From Lachnospiraceae bacterium (GTDB lineage Bacteria > Bacillota > Clostridia > Lachnospirales > Lachnospiraceae), in assembly GCA_036570305.1 (NCBI GenBank), contig DATCYL010000014.1:1-40006 (forward strand): a stretch of 40,006 bases of DNA, in the 5' to 3' direction. Position numbers and translations under genes: made by a program. The notes below the pieces were generated by a model. The model was not told the origin of the DNA. It saw nothing but the letters and a program-made list of their open reading frames with translations, and searched no databases. This document shows, one piece after another, positions 1-9,590 of this stretch (positions are counted from its first letter, which is position 1; every line of letters begins with the position of its first letter).

Positions 1-39
1 TTTTAATAAACTTTGAAAAAACGGTAGGAGGAAAATTTT

Positions 40-3000
40 ATGAAAATGAAAGCAAAAAGGATAGCCACTTGTCTTTTGACAATGATGCTGACAGCGACAA
101 GTGTGCTACCGACAAGTGCTTCTGTTTATGCGGAAGAAAATACAAATTCCGTGACAGAAAAAACAGAGGGAAATGAGGTCTTTGGAACAGAGGCAACAAA
201 GAATCCGAAAGAATCGGAAATAAGCGATGAAGAAAATACTGTGGAAATGCAGTCAGCAGCAGAAGAAAGGGCTAAAGTAGAGGCGGAAAGTATAAGTGAG
301 GACGCTGATGCCACAACTTTACAATCAAAAGAAAAAGAAGAAGAGGTGATAGGCACTGCGTCTGCGATTGTCTATGATTTTGATGTAAAGTGGGGAAATG
401 CCGTTTCTGACAGTGTGTTGGATTATCATTATGATGATGCTACTGATCCGAATCACAACAATCTTATTTTTAAGCCAATTAATCAAGAAATAAAAGTGGC
501 GACTTTAAACTATCAGTTGGCAATTGACAATGATGCAAACATGGTGCTGCCTGCCGGTTCTATAAAAATTACTGTCCCGGATTATTTGTTTGAAGCATGG
601 GGAGATAAGTACAAGGTCAATCGTGAAAATGAAAATCTGATTTCACCTACGGTAAGATGGCAGATTCCCAAAGCACCGGAAACATCAACGGTCAGTGATT
701 TTAATTATACGGATAATGGAGACGGAACCTATACAGTCACCAACTTCAATCCGGTTGCGGGAGGTTCTAAACTTTCTTTTGAACAGGCTTTTCCGTTTAA
801 ACCTCACTATATCCGTGTGGACTCTAATGGGGCACAAAAGAGAAATTTAGCTATTGGATTGACGATTGATTATAATCTGGATGGAACTCCTGAGGTTGTA
901 GAAAATAAAGCATTAAGCTCTGAGATTCATAATCAGACAGGGGCGATGACGGTCGAGCTGAAAAAAGACCATTTAACCGCAAATAATGGTGTCTTTTTTG
1001 ACTGGCAGGATGCCTGGGGAGACAAACCTCAGGATGCAAAAGATTACTTTTATGTTGTATGGTATGCAGATGCAAAGCATCCGAGCAATAATACCATTCC
1101 ATTTGATTATAAGATAGTGCAAGAAGCTTCAGATGGAGAGCTTATAGGTGCAAAATTTACTAGTGGATATTCTACAGAATATGGTTTTTTATGGCCTACA
1201 TATCTGGATGGATTTACAGATCGCTCCTATAGTAAAATTGCCAAGGATGGAGCTTTAAATCTTCTTAATCAGCCAGGGCTGTATTCTACATATAATAGTA
1301 ATACTGCAACACATACACTTAACGGATTTTCATATGATAATTGGAATATGGCAAGATTTTCCCTGCTTAAGAGATATCCTGTTTCTATACTTGAGGAAGC
1401 CAAGAAAAAAGGAATCGATTTGGCGAAGGATGGTTTACCTATTACCAATAAGGTGACGGTAAAAACCGTGCTTGCAAATGGTGTAGAGTATACAAATACA
1501 GATGAGGAGACACAAAACATTCATGTCTATCCTTATGAAGGGGTAAATAGAATTTGGAAATATGATGCTGTAAATACCGGTACAGGTCTGACTACTATGG
1601 TGGGGGTAAAAAGCTATCTTTTAGACGGAAAGGATAAGGACTTAATCAGGGGAGAGGGCTATAAAACATTTACTACCCATGTAGAAGGAAGTAGTCTGAC
1701 GGAACCGAATTTTGATGAAGTAAGCGGTGATTATAAGGCAAAGCCCTATACGGCTGAAATTGAAGAGGGCGGATATTATGACAGCTCTTATTTACAAAGG
1801 GAAGGTTATTACGGGGAACAAAAGGAGAAAATGACCCGTTATGAGGATGCGGATGTTACCTATAAAAGTGTAGCCTTTTCGGTAAATAGTTATCATGCAA
1901 AAAAATCCTCTATTGGAGGGTGGACACTAAATACTAACGCAGATGACAGTCAGGCTCGTTCGCAGGCGATAGAGATTTATACAAGAAAGACAAATGAGAC
2001 AACATTTTCTCTTTATGGAAAAGTAAGTTTTGACGAAAAAGGAAACTATAGCTTTGTCTCGGAAGATGGTAAGGTAAGTATTGATAATGCCAAGGGAAAG
2101 GATATCCCTTTGCCTGCCAAGACATCCGGACTAAAATACAAATATACAAGTGCATACTATAAATATGATTTCTATGCCACGACAGTGATGGAAATGCATC
2201 CGACGGAAAATGTAAAGAAGATTTTAAACAAGCATACGGAAGATAAAAAGAGCAGTCTTGTCTCCACTGACGCAAAGGTTTCCTTTAGTCAAGAGGGCGG
2301 TCTAAAGCGGACGGCCAACACAGAGGGTCAAATCGTGAGTCTGTCTTCTGTGTATTTGGGAACGATTGTGCCAAGTTTTAGTAACAATAAGTCTCAGGGT
2401 ACCCTTGTGGATGATGTAAATACAGGAAAACAGACAAGAGATGTGAATATATATTTCCGTCAGTATTCTTCACTTTGGGATTCGGGGAATAAGGATAGGG
2501 AGTATTTAAGCAAATATGTATATAAAGAAGGCAATATCTATGATTTGCTTCCGGCGGGAGTTGAGGTTCCGAGTGCAAGTATTGCAATGGAAGTCGGACC
2601 ATATTGGGGAACAAAACACTTAAGCTATGGAGATGACTACCAGGTAGAGATGATTGCCAACTGGGAGGATTCCGGTCAGACCATGATGAAAATTCACTTT
2701 AAGGTCCCGGATGAAAAAGCCGATGTAAGCGCCTTTAATAACCACGGCTATAGCATCAAACTAAGCTATAAGATGTTAAACTCCTACAATAATATCGTAG
2801 ACAGGGGAAATAGCTTAGTAAATACTGCGGCATTAGAGATTCTCTCTCGCGAGGAAAATCTCGTCTTGCAAACTGAGGCAGACAATAAAAAAGCTTTTGA
2901 CCGATTGGCAAGAAAGTCTCTGTTTGAGAATCTGACAAAAAATGATTTCAAGTATTGGCGTTTTGCTGAGGGAACTATTGGATATAATCCGGTTACTGTC

Positions 3001-6000
3001 ACCCAGTCCGGCATCGTAAAAGAGGTGGCAAATGAGCACGATAACCTTTATGCAGACAGCACGGATGCCTTTGTCGGTAACAACTACAGCTATAGACTCG
3101 CCTATTCTACGGCGACGAATACGAGATCGGATGAGCTTGTATTTTATGATATTTTAGAAAATGGCAGCCATAAAGAAAATTCCGAGTGGAGAGGGACTCT
3201 TGATTGGGTAGATGTCACATCCATTGATGCCAAGCCGGCTTACGGACATGCGGGGGATACTGCAAAGCCTATTGTATACTATGCAACCAAGGTGCCGAGT
3301 GAATTTAATGTGGATGATGCATCCATCTGGTCAGCGACGATGCCACAGGATAAGTCATCTATCAAAGCAATTGCTGTGGATTGTCGAAAGACGGATAAAG
3401 GTGAAAGCTTTGTCTTGGATCAGGGAATGGGACTTAATCTCTTTATACATATGAAAGCGCCCGCTGATCTATCTTTAGACGGTAAAACAGCGGTAAATCA
3501 GACAATATCTTATGCTAGAAACTTTACTGGTACCAAGGCTTTGGCAGGGACTTTGCCAAAGGAATATGAGGCGAGTGCCAAGATTACTCTTCATGCAGTA
3601 GATTTGGAGCTTCATAAAAGCTCGAATCCGGAAACAGGAACGAAAGATGCTTTAGCAGAAATCTCAAGCGAAGAAGGAACACCCCTTTCTTACAGCCTGA
3701 CGATTAAAAATCATAGTAGCGAGCTGGATACACGAAAGATTCATTTAGAGGATGTGATTCCGGACTATTTATTGATAGACAAGGATGCAATTTTGGTGAC
3801 TTCAAAAGCATTAAACTTTAATGAGAATCTTTTAAAAGACGCTGCCGGAATCGGATTGACAAGGGACGGTCAAAAACTTGAAATCTTAATAGAATCGCTT
3901 CCTGCAAATGGGGAGATTACATTTACAATCCCGACAAAATTGGATAAGGGCATCATTAAGGAAACACACTTTGTAAACACAGCGAAAATCACAGAAGCAG
4001 AGGGGCTAAAGCAGAATATTACAAGTGAAACGACCTACCATAAAGCAAATAAGCTATATAGCTTAAGCTATGTAGTTTTTGAAGATGAGACTTATGGTTT
4101 GCCATCGGACAGCAAAACGCCTAAAAAGGTTGAGAATATTGAATATAATACAAATGAAACGCTTGCAGCAGCCTTAACCACAAAGGATACAAAGGCTTTG
4201 GATGGAACTTATGGTCGCTGGGAATTTATCGGATGGAGTGAATCAAAAGATTCAGATACTACGATCTCTACGAAAAATATTCGAAAGGATGAGGTAGTAT
4301 ACGGTCAGTGGGAATTTACTCCTACTCGTGATATAGCTGTTACCAAAGTATGGAAAGAGTTTGATGGAAGTGACTTAAAAGCCCCTGTCTCTAAGCTTGA
4401 AATTGAGCTTTTGCGGGATGGAAAAGTAATCACAAAGAAAGATCTACTTGCGACAGACCAGTGGATGACAAGTTTTGTGGGATTGGATAAAATCAATCCG
4501 CAAACCGGTAAGGATTATGACTATACGGTTCGAGAGGCTGGTTTGGATAAAGATGGTCAGATTAAACTTTCCGGGGCATGGTATAGTTCAAATAGCGAAG
4601 GAGATGTCGTAAACGGATATACAATTACAAATACCAGAGTAAGGTCATGGGAGACTATGATTCCGGCAACGACTTCATTGACAGTTACAAAATCATGGAA
4701 GGGCTTATCAGCGAAGAATATTGAAAAGGAATCTCTTTCTATTAAATTATTTAAAAATGGAACTGCCACTGATCAGGTGAAAATCCTAAGTAAGGAAAAT
4801 GGCTTTAAAGCTACCTTTGAGAACTTAAAGTCGACAGATGCTGTGGATGGAACCAATACCAAAAATACTTACAGTGTTAAAGAAATTGATGCTGCGGGAA
4901 ATCCGGTAGATGAGGGTCGAAATATATCCTTAAACGGAAAAGAATACACAGTGCATTATGACGGAAACACGATTACAAATACTTTGGTAAATCCTAAAAT
5001 AAATTTATCTGGGATAAAGCTATGGGAGGATGCTGATAATCAGGATGGCAAGCGTCCTAAAGAAGTAACGATTCATCTTTATGCTAATGGAAATTTGACA
5101 GATAAATCTGCAAAAGCTACAGAAGAATTTGAATGGAAATATAGCTTTAATGATCTTGAAACTTTTGATAAAAATGGAGACCTAATTGAATATAGTGTAA
5201 AAGAAGATCTTCCTGAAGGTTATACAGATAGGGTTGATGGAACAACAATTACAAATACTCATATACCGGAACAAATTAGTATCCCGGTCCAAAAACTATG
5301 GGTGGATAATGATGATGCAAAAAAACTTCGCCCTGAGAGTGTGCATATAAATCTGTACGCAAATGGTGAAAAAACAGCTTCGTATGATTTAGTCTCAAGT
5401 GAAGAATGGAAGCACACCTTTGAAAATCTGCCAAAATATAAAGACGGTAAAGTAATTGAGTATGAAGTAAAGGAAGATGCAATTGAGCATTATTCTGCGG
5501 TGTATGCAGGTGAGGCAAAGACGGTATTTACCATTACAAATACAATCGAAGGAAAAGTTTCCATACCGGTAACTAAGAAATGGATTGGCAAGGAAGCAGA
5601 CAGTGTAACCATTCACCTGCTGGCAGATGGACAAGAGGCAGACAGTGTTACACTTACTGCCGAAAGCGGATGGCAGCATATCTTCCAAGATCTTGAACAA
5701 TATAAAGGCGGTAAAGAAATCATCTACAGTATCAAAGAAGATGCTGTGGAAGGATATGCGTCTGAGGTGACCAAAGATGCAGATAGCTACCTGGTAACCA
5801 ATAGCAATATGAAGACAAGAGATATTACGGTAAGAAAAGAGTGGAATGTCAAGACCGGTGACCATGCCGAGATTAGTCTCTATCGGGATGACAGGGAAAT
5901 TGAAAAGATAAGTATTACAAAAGCTGAGGGCTGGAAACATGTATTCGAAGATTTGGAAGTGTATGATAAAACAGATGGTCACGAATATAAGTACAGTGTT

Positions 6001-6594
6001 CAGGAAACAAAGATTCCCGGTTATGTGACAGAGATAAGAAAAGATCAGCAAGAGGAATTTGTGGTTACAAATACATATGCACCGGAGATGGTGGCTGTAG
6101 ATGTTCCGGTAAGAAAAGTGCTTGAGGGAAATCCTAAAGCGGCTTCAACTTTTGCTTTCCAGATGAAAGCATTGGAAAAAGAGACTCCTATGCCGGAGGG
6201 AAGTAAGGATGGAATAAAAACAGCTACAATTACAGGAAGCGGATTAAGCGGATTTGGGAATATTGAATTTAAGCTCCCGGGCTCCTACAGGTATGAAATC
6301 ACGGAAATAAACGACAAGGTGAAAAATTACCAATACGATACTTCTGTTTATACACTGACAGTGAATGTAGAGGATGTAAATGGAAAGTTGTTGGCAAAGA
6401 CCGGTATTGAAAAAGCGGGAAAAACAGAAAAAGAGCTTGTATTTACCAACCGATATAAGGAAACAAAGACATTTTTGAGTAGACCAAAGACAGGCGACAG
6501 CTCACATATCTTGTTATATATAGGAGCGATACTTCTTTCCTTAGTGGTTATCTCTATGAAAGTACTTGCAAAAAGGAAGTATGCAAAAAAATAA
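40..6594 (+). CDS. Giant (2184 aa) sortase-anchored surface adhesin. It has a signal peptide, a ~1100-aa N-terminal region of unclear fold, DUF11-like and Listeria/Bacteroides-repeat-like modules, about 8 Cna-B-type repeats, a pilin-isopeptide-like domain and an RPKTGD sorting signal.
   Basis: AGGAGG RBS lies upstream of ATG 40. The N-terminus is a signal peptide (MKMKAKRIATCLLTMMLTATSVLPTSASVYA/EE). Repeated ~85-aa modules with a (K)xW...Y(S/E)(V/I)KE...(I/V)TNT signature run from ~4324 to ~6080. FxFQMK...YRYEITE...YDTSVYTLTVNV resembles the streptococcal pilin isopeptide domain. The C-terminus is RPKTGD (6481-6498) followed by a hydrophobic helix and a KRKYAKK tail. Confidence 0.9.
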   Translation: MKMKAKRIATCLLTMMLTATSVLPTSASVYAEENTNSVTEKTEGNEVFGTEATKNPKESEISDEENTVEMQSAAEERAKVEAESISEDADATTLQSKEKEEEVIGTASAIVYDFDVKWGNAVSDSVLDYHYDDATDPNHNNLIFKPINQEIKVATLNYQLAIDNDANMVLPAGSIKITVPDYLFEAWGDKYKVNRENENLISPTVRWQIPKAPETSTVSDFNYTDNGDGTYTVTNFNPVAGGSKLSFEQAFPFKPHYIRVDSNGAQKRNLAIGLTIDYNLDGTPEVVENKALSSEIHNQTGAMTVELKKDHLTANNGVFFDWQDAWGDKPQDAKDYFYVVWYADAKHPSNNTIPFDYKIVQEASDGELIGAKFTSGYSTEYGFLWPTYLDGFTDRSYSKIAKDGALNLLNQPGLYSTYNSNTATHTLNGFSYDNWNMARFSLLKRYPVSILEEAKKKGIDLAKDGLPITNKVTVKTVLANGVEYTNTDEETQNIHVYPYEGVNRIWKYDAVNTGTGLTTMVGVKSYLLDGKDKDLIRGEGYKTFTTHVEGSSLTEPNFDEVSGDYKAKPYTAEIEEGGYYDSSYLQREGYYGEQKEKMTRYEDADVTYKSVAFSVNSYHAKKSSIGGWTLNTNADDSQARSQAIEIYTRKTNETTFSLYGKVSFDEKGNYSFVSEDGKVSIDNAKGKDIPLPAKTSGLKYKYTSAYYKYDFYATTVMEMHPTENVKKILNKHTEDKKSSLVSTDAKVSFSQEGGLKRTANTEGQIVSLSSVYLGTIVPSFSNNKSQGTLVDDVNTGKQTRDVNIYFRQYSSLWDSGNKDREYLSKYVYKEGNIYDLLPAGVEVPSASIAMEVGPYWGTKHLSYGDDYQVEMIANWEDSGQTMMKIHFKVPDEKADVSAFNNHGYSIKLSYKMLNSYNNIVDRGNSLVNTAALEILSREENLVLQTEADNKKAFDRLARKSLFENLTKNDFKYWRFAEGTIGYNPVTVTQSGIVKEVANEHDNLYADSTDAFVGNNYSYRLAYSTATNTRSDELVFYDILENGSHKENSEWRGTLDWVDVTSIDAKPAYGHAGDTAKPIVYYATKVPSEFNVDDASIWSATMPQDKSSIKAIAVDCRKTDKGESFVLDQGMGLNLFIHMKAPADLSLDGKTAVNQTISYARNFTGTKALAGTLPKEYEASAKITLHAVDLELHKSSNPETGTKDALAEISSEEGTPLSYSLTIKNHSSELDTRKIHLEDVIPDYLLIDKDAILVTSKALNFNENLLKDAAGIGLTRDGQKLEILIESLPANGEITFTIPTKLDKGIIKETHFVNTAKITEAEGLKQNITSETTYHKANKLYSLSYVVFEDETYGLPSDSKTPKKVENIEYNTNETLAAALTTKDTKALDGTYGRWEFIGWSESKDSDTTISTKNIRKDEVVYGQWEFTPTRDIAVTKVWKEFDGSDLKAPVSKLEIELLRDGKVITKKDLLATDQWMTSFVGLDKINPQTGKDYDYTVREAGLDKDGQIKLSGAWYSSNSEGDVVNGYTITNTRVRSWETMIPATTSLTVTKSWKGLSAKNIEKESLSIKLFKNGTATDQVKILSKENGFKATFENLKSTDAVDGTNTKNTYSVKEIDAAGNPVDEGRNISLNGKEYTVHYDGNTITNTLVNPKINLSGIKLWEDADNQDGKRPKEVTIHLYANGNLTDKSAKATEEFEWKYSFNDLETFDKNGDLIEYSVKEDLPEGYTDRVDGTTITNTHIPEQISIPVQKLWVDNDDAKKLRPESVHINLYANGEKTASYDLVSSEEWKHTFENLPKYKDGKVIEYEVKEDAIEHYSAVYAGEAKTVFTITNTIEGKVSIPVTKKWIGKEADSVTIHLLADGQEADSVTLTAESGWQHIFQDLEQYKGGKEIIYSIKEDAVEGYASEVTKDADSYLVTNSNMKTRDITVRKEWNVKTGDHAEISLYRDDREIEKISITKAEGWKHVFEDLEVYDKTDGHEYKYSVQETKIPGYVTEIRKDQQEEFVVTNTYAPEMVAVDVPVRKVLEGNPKAASTFAFQMKALEKETPMPEGSKDGIKTATITGSGLSGFGNIEFKLPGSYRYEITEINDKVKNYQYDTSVYTLTVNVEDVNGKLLAKTGIEKAGKTEKELVFTNRYKETKTFLSRPKTGDSSHILLYIGAILLSLVVISMKVLAKRKYAKK

Positions 6595-6647
6595 GAAGAT
6601 TGACTTTTGGAAAGGATAGTAGGATACTACTGACCTGTTTTGAAAGC

Positions 6648-6683
6648 AGAGGCACTTTACATATGTGAAGTGCCTCTTTTTGT
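6648..6683 (+). terminator. Rho-independent terminator of the adhesin gene
   Basis: Stem AGAGGCACTT (6648-6657) pairs with AAGTGCCTCT (6668-6677), followed by a TTTTT run. Confidence 0.75.
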
Positions 6684-6809
6684 ATTAGGCTTTAGCCTTT
6701 GGAACCCGCTGTTGCGAGTTTCTCAAAAGAGAAGCGAGTATGGGGGAAACAAAAATTCTGTTGTTTTGAAATGTATGTTCTTTGATAAAGATAGATCATC
6801 TGTAAATAA

Positions 6810-6824
6810 TGTGATAAAGTCACA
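6810..6824. promoter_or_regulatory. TGTGA-N5-TCACA inverted repeat, a candidate Crp/Fnr-family binding site upstream of the rhodanese gene
   Basis: The sequence is TGTGAtaaagTCACA with perfect 5-bp arms. Its centre (6817) lies 29 bp upstream of a TATAAT hexamer at 6846-6851, which is class-II-like (-41.5) geometry. A Crp/Fnr regulator gene lies 460 bp downstream. Confidence 0.4.
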
Positions 6825-6892
6825 GTTTTTATCCAAGAGGAGAATTATAATAAAAAATATAATAACAGAAGAGAATAAGGGAGGATAAAGAG

Positions 6893-7213
6893 ATGAGTTT
6901 GTTTGGTTTATTTCAGTCAAGTAATATACATGTAGGATTAGAGGAGTTTGAAAAGACAGAAAATGCCTTGCTTTTGGATGTTCGCACACCGCAAGAATAC
7001 AGGCAGGGACATATTCCTAAAAGTAAAAATTTGCCATTAGTAGGTATTTCTAATATGGGGCAGATAAGTAAGGATAAAAATCAGCCTATTTTTGTTTATT
7101 GCTTAAGCGGTGGCAGAAGCTCTCAGGCAGTGACTTTACTCAAAAAAATGGGCTATCAAAAGGTAAAAAATATCGGGGGTATCAATTCTTATAAGGGACC
7201 TGTCAGTAAATAG
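6893..7213 (+). CDS. Single-domain rhodanese-like sulfurtransferase (106 aa)
   Basis: GGGAGG RBS is present. Motif LLDVRTPQEYRQGHIPKSKNLPL is followed by the active-site loop VYCLSGGRSSQA (CxxGxR[ST]). Confidence 0.85.
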   Translation: MSLFGLFQSSNIHVGLEEFEKTENALLLDVRTPQEYRQGHIPKSKNLPLVGISNMGQISKDKNQPIFVYCLSGGRSSQAVTLLKKMGYQKVKNIGGINSYKGPVSK

Positions 7214-7284
7214 TAAAAAGAGATTGCAAATAAGAAGAGAATTTCTTACACTAGGGTAAATATATAAAGTGGGGAACGGTTGCT

Positions 7285-7950
7285 GTGAGAGAGGTAGAAA
7301 ATATTTTAAAGGCATTTCCTTTTTGGGGAGATTTAAGCGAAGCAGAAAAGGAAGACATAAAAAAGTATGCGACTATTCGCATTTTTGAAGAGGGAAATGT
7401 GATATTTGCCAAGGATAGTGAATGCTTAGGTTTGATTTGTCTTATAGAAGGTTCTATCAGAACTTATATGGTCTCTGAAAGTGGAAGGGAAATTACGCTT
7501 TATAGGATGCAGCCAAAGGAGGTGGACCTTTTGTCCGCCTCTTGTGTTATGCAACAGATTACCTTTCATACCCAGATGGTAGCAGAAGAAAAAACAAAAA
7601 TTTTGATTGTTCCGGCAATCTGTATAGCCCGCTTAAAAGAAAAAAATCTGGCGGTTTGTTGTTATGTCTATGAATATTTGAGTAAGCGTTTTTCAGATGT
7701 TATGAAGACTATGGAAAATATTTTATTTACGAGGATAGACAAGAGATTGGCAGACTTTTTGTTGGAAAAGTCAAGAAATCAAAAGAGTAGGGAAATTACT
7801 GTCACGCATGAAGAATTAGCGCAAAATATCAATTCGGCAAGGGAAGTCGTTGCAAGAGTTTTAAAAGGTTTTGAAAAAAGGGGACTGGTCAAGCTAGGGC
7901 GCAAAAAGATAGAACTTTTGGATATAAATGCTTTAAAAAGGTATGTATAA
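7285..7950 (+). CDS. Crp/Fnr-family transcriptional regulator (221 aa, GTG start)
   Basis: The N-terminus is a cNMP-binding-like beta-roll (FEEGNVIFAKDSECLGLICLIEGSIRTY). The C-terminal HTH is THEELAQNINSAREVVARVLKGFEKRGLV. The GTG start at 7285 is preceded by GGGGAA. Confidence 0.85.
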   Translation: MREVENILKAFPFWGDLSEAEKEDIKKYATIRIFEEGNVIFAKDSECLGLICLIEGSIRTYMVSESGREITLYRMQPKEVDLLSASCVMQQITFHTQMVAEEKTKILIVPAICIARLKEKNLAVCCYVYEYLSKRFSDVMKTMENILFTRIDKRLADFLLEKSRNQKSREITVTHEELAQNINSAREVVARVLKGFEKRGLVKLGRKKIELLDINALKRYV

Positions 7951-7980
7951 AAGGTTTGTTTGCGATAATGGCAGGAGTAG

Positions 7981-8010
7981 TTGACAAAACTTAAGAAGAG
8001 AGAATACAAT
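7981..8010 (+). promoter_or_regulatory. Candidate sigma-A promoter of the LacI-family gene
   Basis: TTGACA (7981-7986), an 18-bp spacer, then TACAAT (8005-8010). Confidence 0.5.
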
Positions 8011-8071
8011 AAATTTTAACAGCTTTGCTAAAAATATGATTAAGATAAATAGCTATCCGGGGGGTAGAATA

Positions 8072-9121
8072 ATGGCAACAATTAAGGAAATTGCAAAGGC
8101 TTGTGATGTGTCTATTGCAACCGTTTCTAATATAATAAATAATAAGCCGGGAGCCAGTGAAAAAACTCGTAAACTGGTCATGGAAAAGATGCAGGAAATG
8201 AACTATAAGCCTAATATTGTTGCTAGAAATCTAAAGATGAAAAGTACCCGTAGTATAGGTGTTATTGTGGAGGATATGACTATCTTTAGTATTCCGGACA
8301 TTGTAGATGGAATTACTGATTATTGCGAAAAAAAGAATTATCAAATCCTATTAATTAATCTTCGTTTATTTAAAAAGTACAATGACACTTACTATTATAA
8401 AGAAGACTACTATGGCAAGGTGGAAGAAGAAATCAATGAGCTTTTGGCAAAACAGGTAGACGGGGTGATTTATGTGACGGCACATGAGAGGGTGCTTCAC
8501 TGTATCCCGCAAAATTTGCCGATTCCTGCGGTTATGGCATATGGCTATACAGAAAACCCCAATATACCATCTATTGTTGTTGATGATGAGGATGGTGCGC
8601 ACCAGATCGTAGAATATCTGATAAGGCAGGGGCATAAAAAAATCGGAGTGATTTGTGGCAAAGCGGACAGTATCCACGCACAGGGGCGCTTAAAAGGATA
8701 TCAAAGAGCTCTGTATGAGCACTCTGTTCTTTACAATCCGGAATGGATTTGTCAGGGGGATTGGACCAGAACCAGCGGTTATAAAATGGCAGACAGACTA
8801 TTGGAGCAGGGAGTGACAGCTATCTTTTGCATGAATGATATTATGGCAGGAGGGGTCTATGACCGTATTTTGGAGAGAGGAATGTCTCCGGGACATGATA
8901 TATCGGTTGCCGGATACGATAATAGAGAGCTCTCCGGGTATTATAATCCTCCGTTGTCAACCGTTACATTACCTTTACATGATGTGGGATATAAGGCAAG
9001 TCAGGTTATGGTAAAGATGTTGGAAGAGAAAAAAGAAGAGTCTGTAAAGGAAGATGGTATTTACAAAGTGAATTGCCATCTTTTAGTAAGAGAATCTGTA
9101 AAAAATATCAATGAAAATTAA
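8072..9121 (+). CDS. LacI-family transcriptional regulator (349 aa from the internal ATG)
   Basis: The N-terminal HTH is MATIKEIAKACDVSIATVSNIINNKPGASEKTRKLV, followed by a periplasmic-binding-protein-like sugar-binding core. I prefer ATG 8072 (GGGGGG RBS 7 nt upstream) over the track start at 8036. Confidence 0.9.
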   Translation: MATIKEIAKACDVSIATVSNIINNKPGASEKTRKLVMEKMQEMNYKPNIVARNLKMKSTRSIGVIVEDMTIFSIPDIVDGITDYCEKKNYQILLINLRLFKKYNDTYYYKEDYYGKVEEEINELLAKQVDGVIYVTAHERVLHCIPQNLPIPAVMAYGYTENPNIPSIVVDDEDGAHQIVEYLIRQGHKKIGVICGKADSIHAQGRLKGYQRALYEHSVLYNPEWICQGDWTRTSGYKMADRLLEQGVTAIFCMNDIMAGGVYDRILERGMSPGHDISVAGYDNRELSGYYNPPLSTVTLPLHDVGYKASQVMVKMLEEKKEESVKEDGIYKVNCHLLVRESVKNINEN

Positions 9122-9136
9122 GTTATAAAAAGCGGG

Positions 9137-9176
9137 AAGTTCTCAGGATATAAAAATATTCTGAGAACTTTTTTGT
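9137..9176 (+). terminator. Rho-independent terminator after the LacI-family gene
   Basis: AAGTTCTCAG (9137-9146) pairs with CTGAGAACTT (9161-9170), followed by TTTTTT. Confidence 0.8.
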
Positions 9177-9326
9177 TTGTTGGGATGATAGGCTAAAAAC
9201 TCAACTTGCCAAAGGATGTTCGGTGAGTGGGCTTATAAAGCATGCTTTGTACAATTTATCAAGTGTTTGTTATGAAGGGCTGATTGGTGTAAGAGGAAAA
9301 GATGAGGCAATAAGGGGAGAAAGATT

Positions 9327-9340
9327 ATTAAACGTTTTAT
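9327..9340. promoter_or_regulatory. LacI-type operator-like site 1 (ATTAAACGTTTTAT)
   Basis: The site is a CG-centred near-palindrome with the AAACGTTT core typical of LacI/PurR-family operators. Confidence 0.45.
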
Positions 9341-9464
9341 AAAAATAAAAGAAAATAAAAACGAAACAGGAAAATAAAGATGTATTAGGGTGAAAAACAG
9401 AAATAAAGAATCAAAAACTTATATAAAAACGGGTAAAAATAGAAAAAATTATGCAATATGCACA

Positions 9465-9482
9465 AAATTAAACGTTTAATTT
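9465..9482. promoter_or_regulatory. LacI-type operator-like site 2, a perfect 18-bp palindrome (AAATTAAACGTTTAATTT)
   Basis: The sequence equals its own reverse complement and is centred on CG at 9473/9474. It ends 4 bp before the -35 hexamer of the operon promoter. Confidence 0.6.
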
Positions 9483-9486
9483 ATAT

Positions 9487-9515
9487 TTGAAAAATAATCA
9501 AGAAGGAACTATAAT
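9487..9515 (+). promoter_or_regulatory. Near-consensus sigma-A promoter of the sugar ABC / abfA operon
   Basis: TTGAAA (9487-9492), a 17-bp spacer, then TATAAT (9510-9515). Confidence 0.65.
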
Positions 9516-9590
9516 AAAGTCACGAAAAACAATATAAATACTTTTTTTCTGATATTTAGAGAATAAGAAGAAAAAATTATAAAAAATAAT

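Noticed and set aside
5395-6051. A 218-aa minus-strand ORF inside the giant adhesin gene
   Set aside because: It is antisense to a strongly supported Cna-B repeat coding region. Its sequence is hydrophobic and low-complexity, typical of shadow ORFs, and it has no RBS. The other minus-strand ORFs in the track between 126 and 6051, and the alternative-frame +ORF at 3212-3454, are rejected for the same reasons.
6640-6989. The 82-aa (+) and 88-aa (-) ORFs in the adhesin/rhodanese intergenic region
   Set aside because: The +ORF starts inside the adhesin terminator hairpin and runs through the promoter/operator region. The -ORF overlaps the rhodanese start. Neither has an RBS or any recognisable motif.
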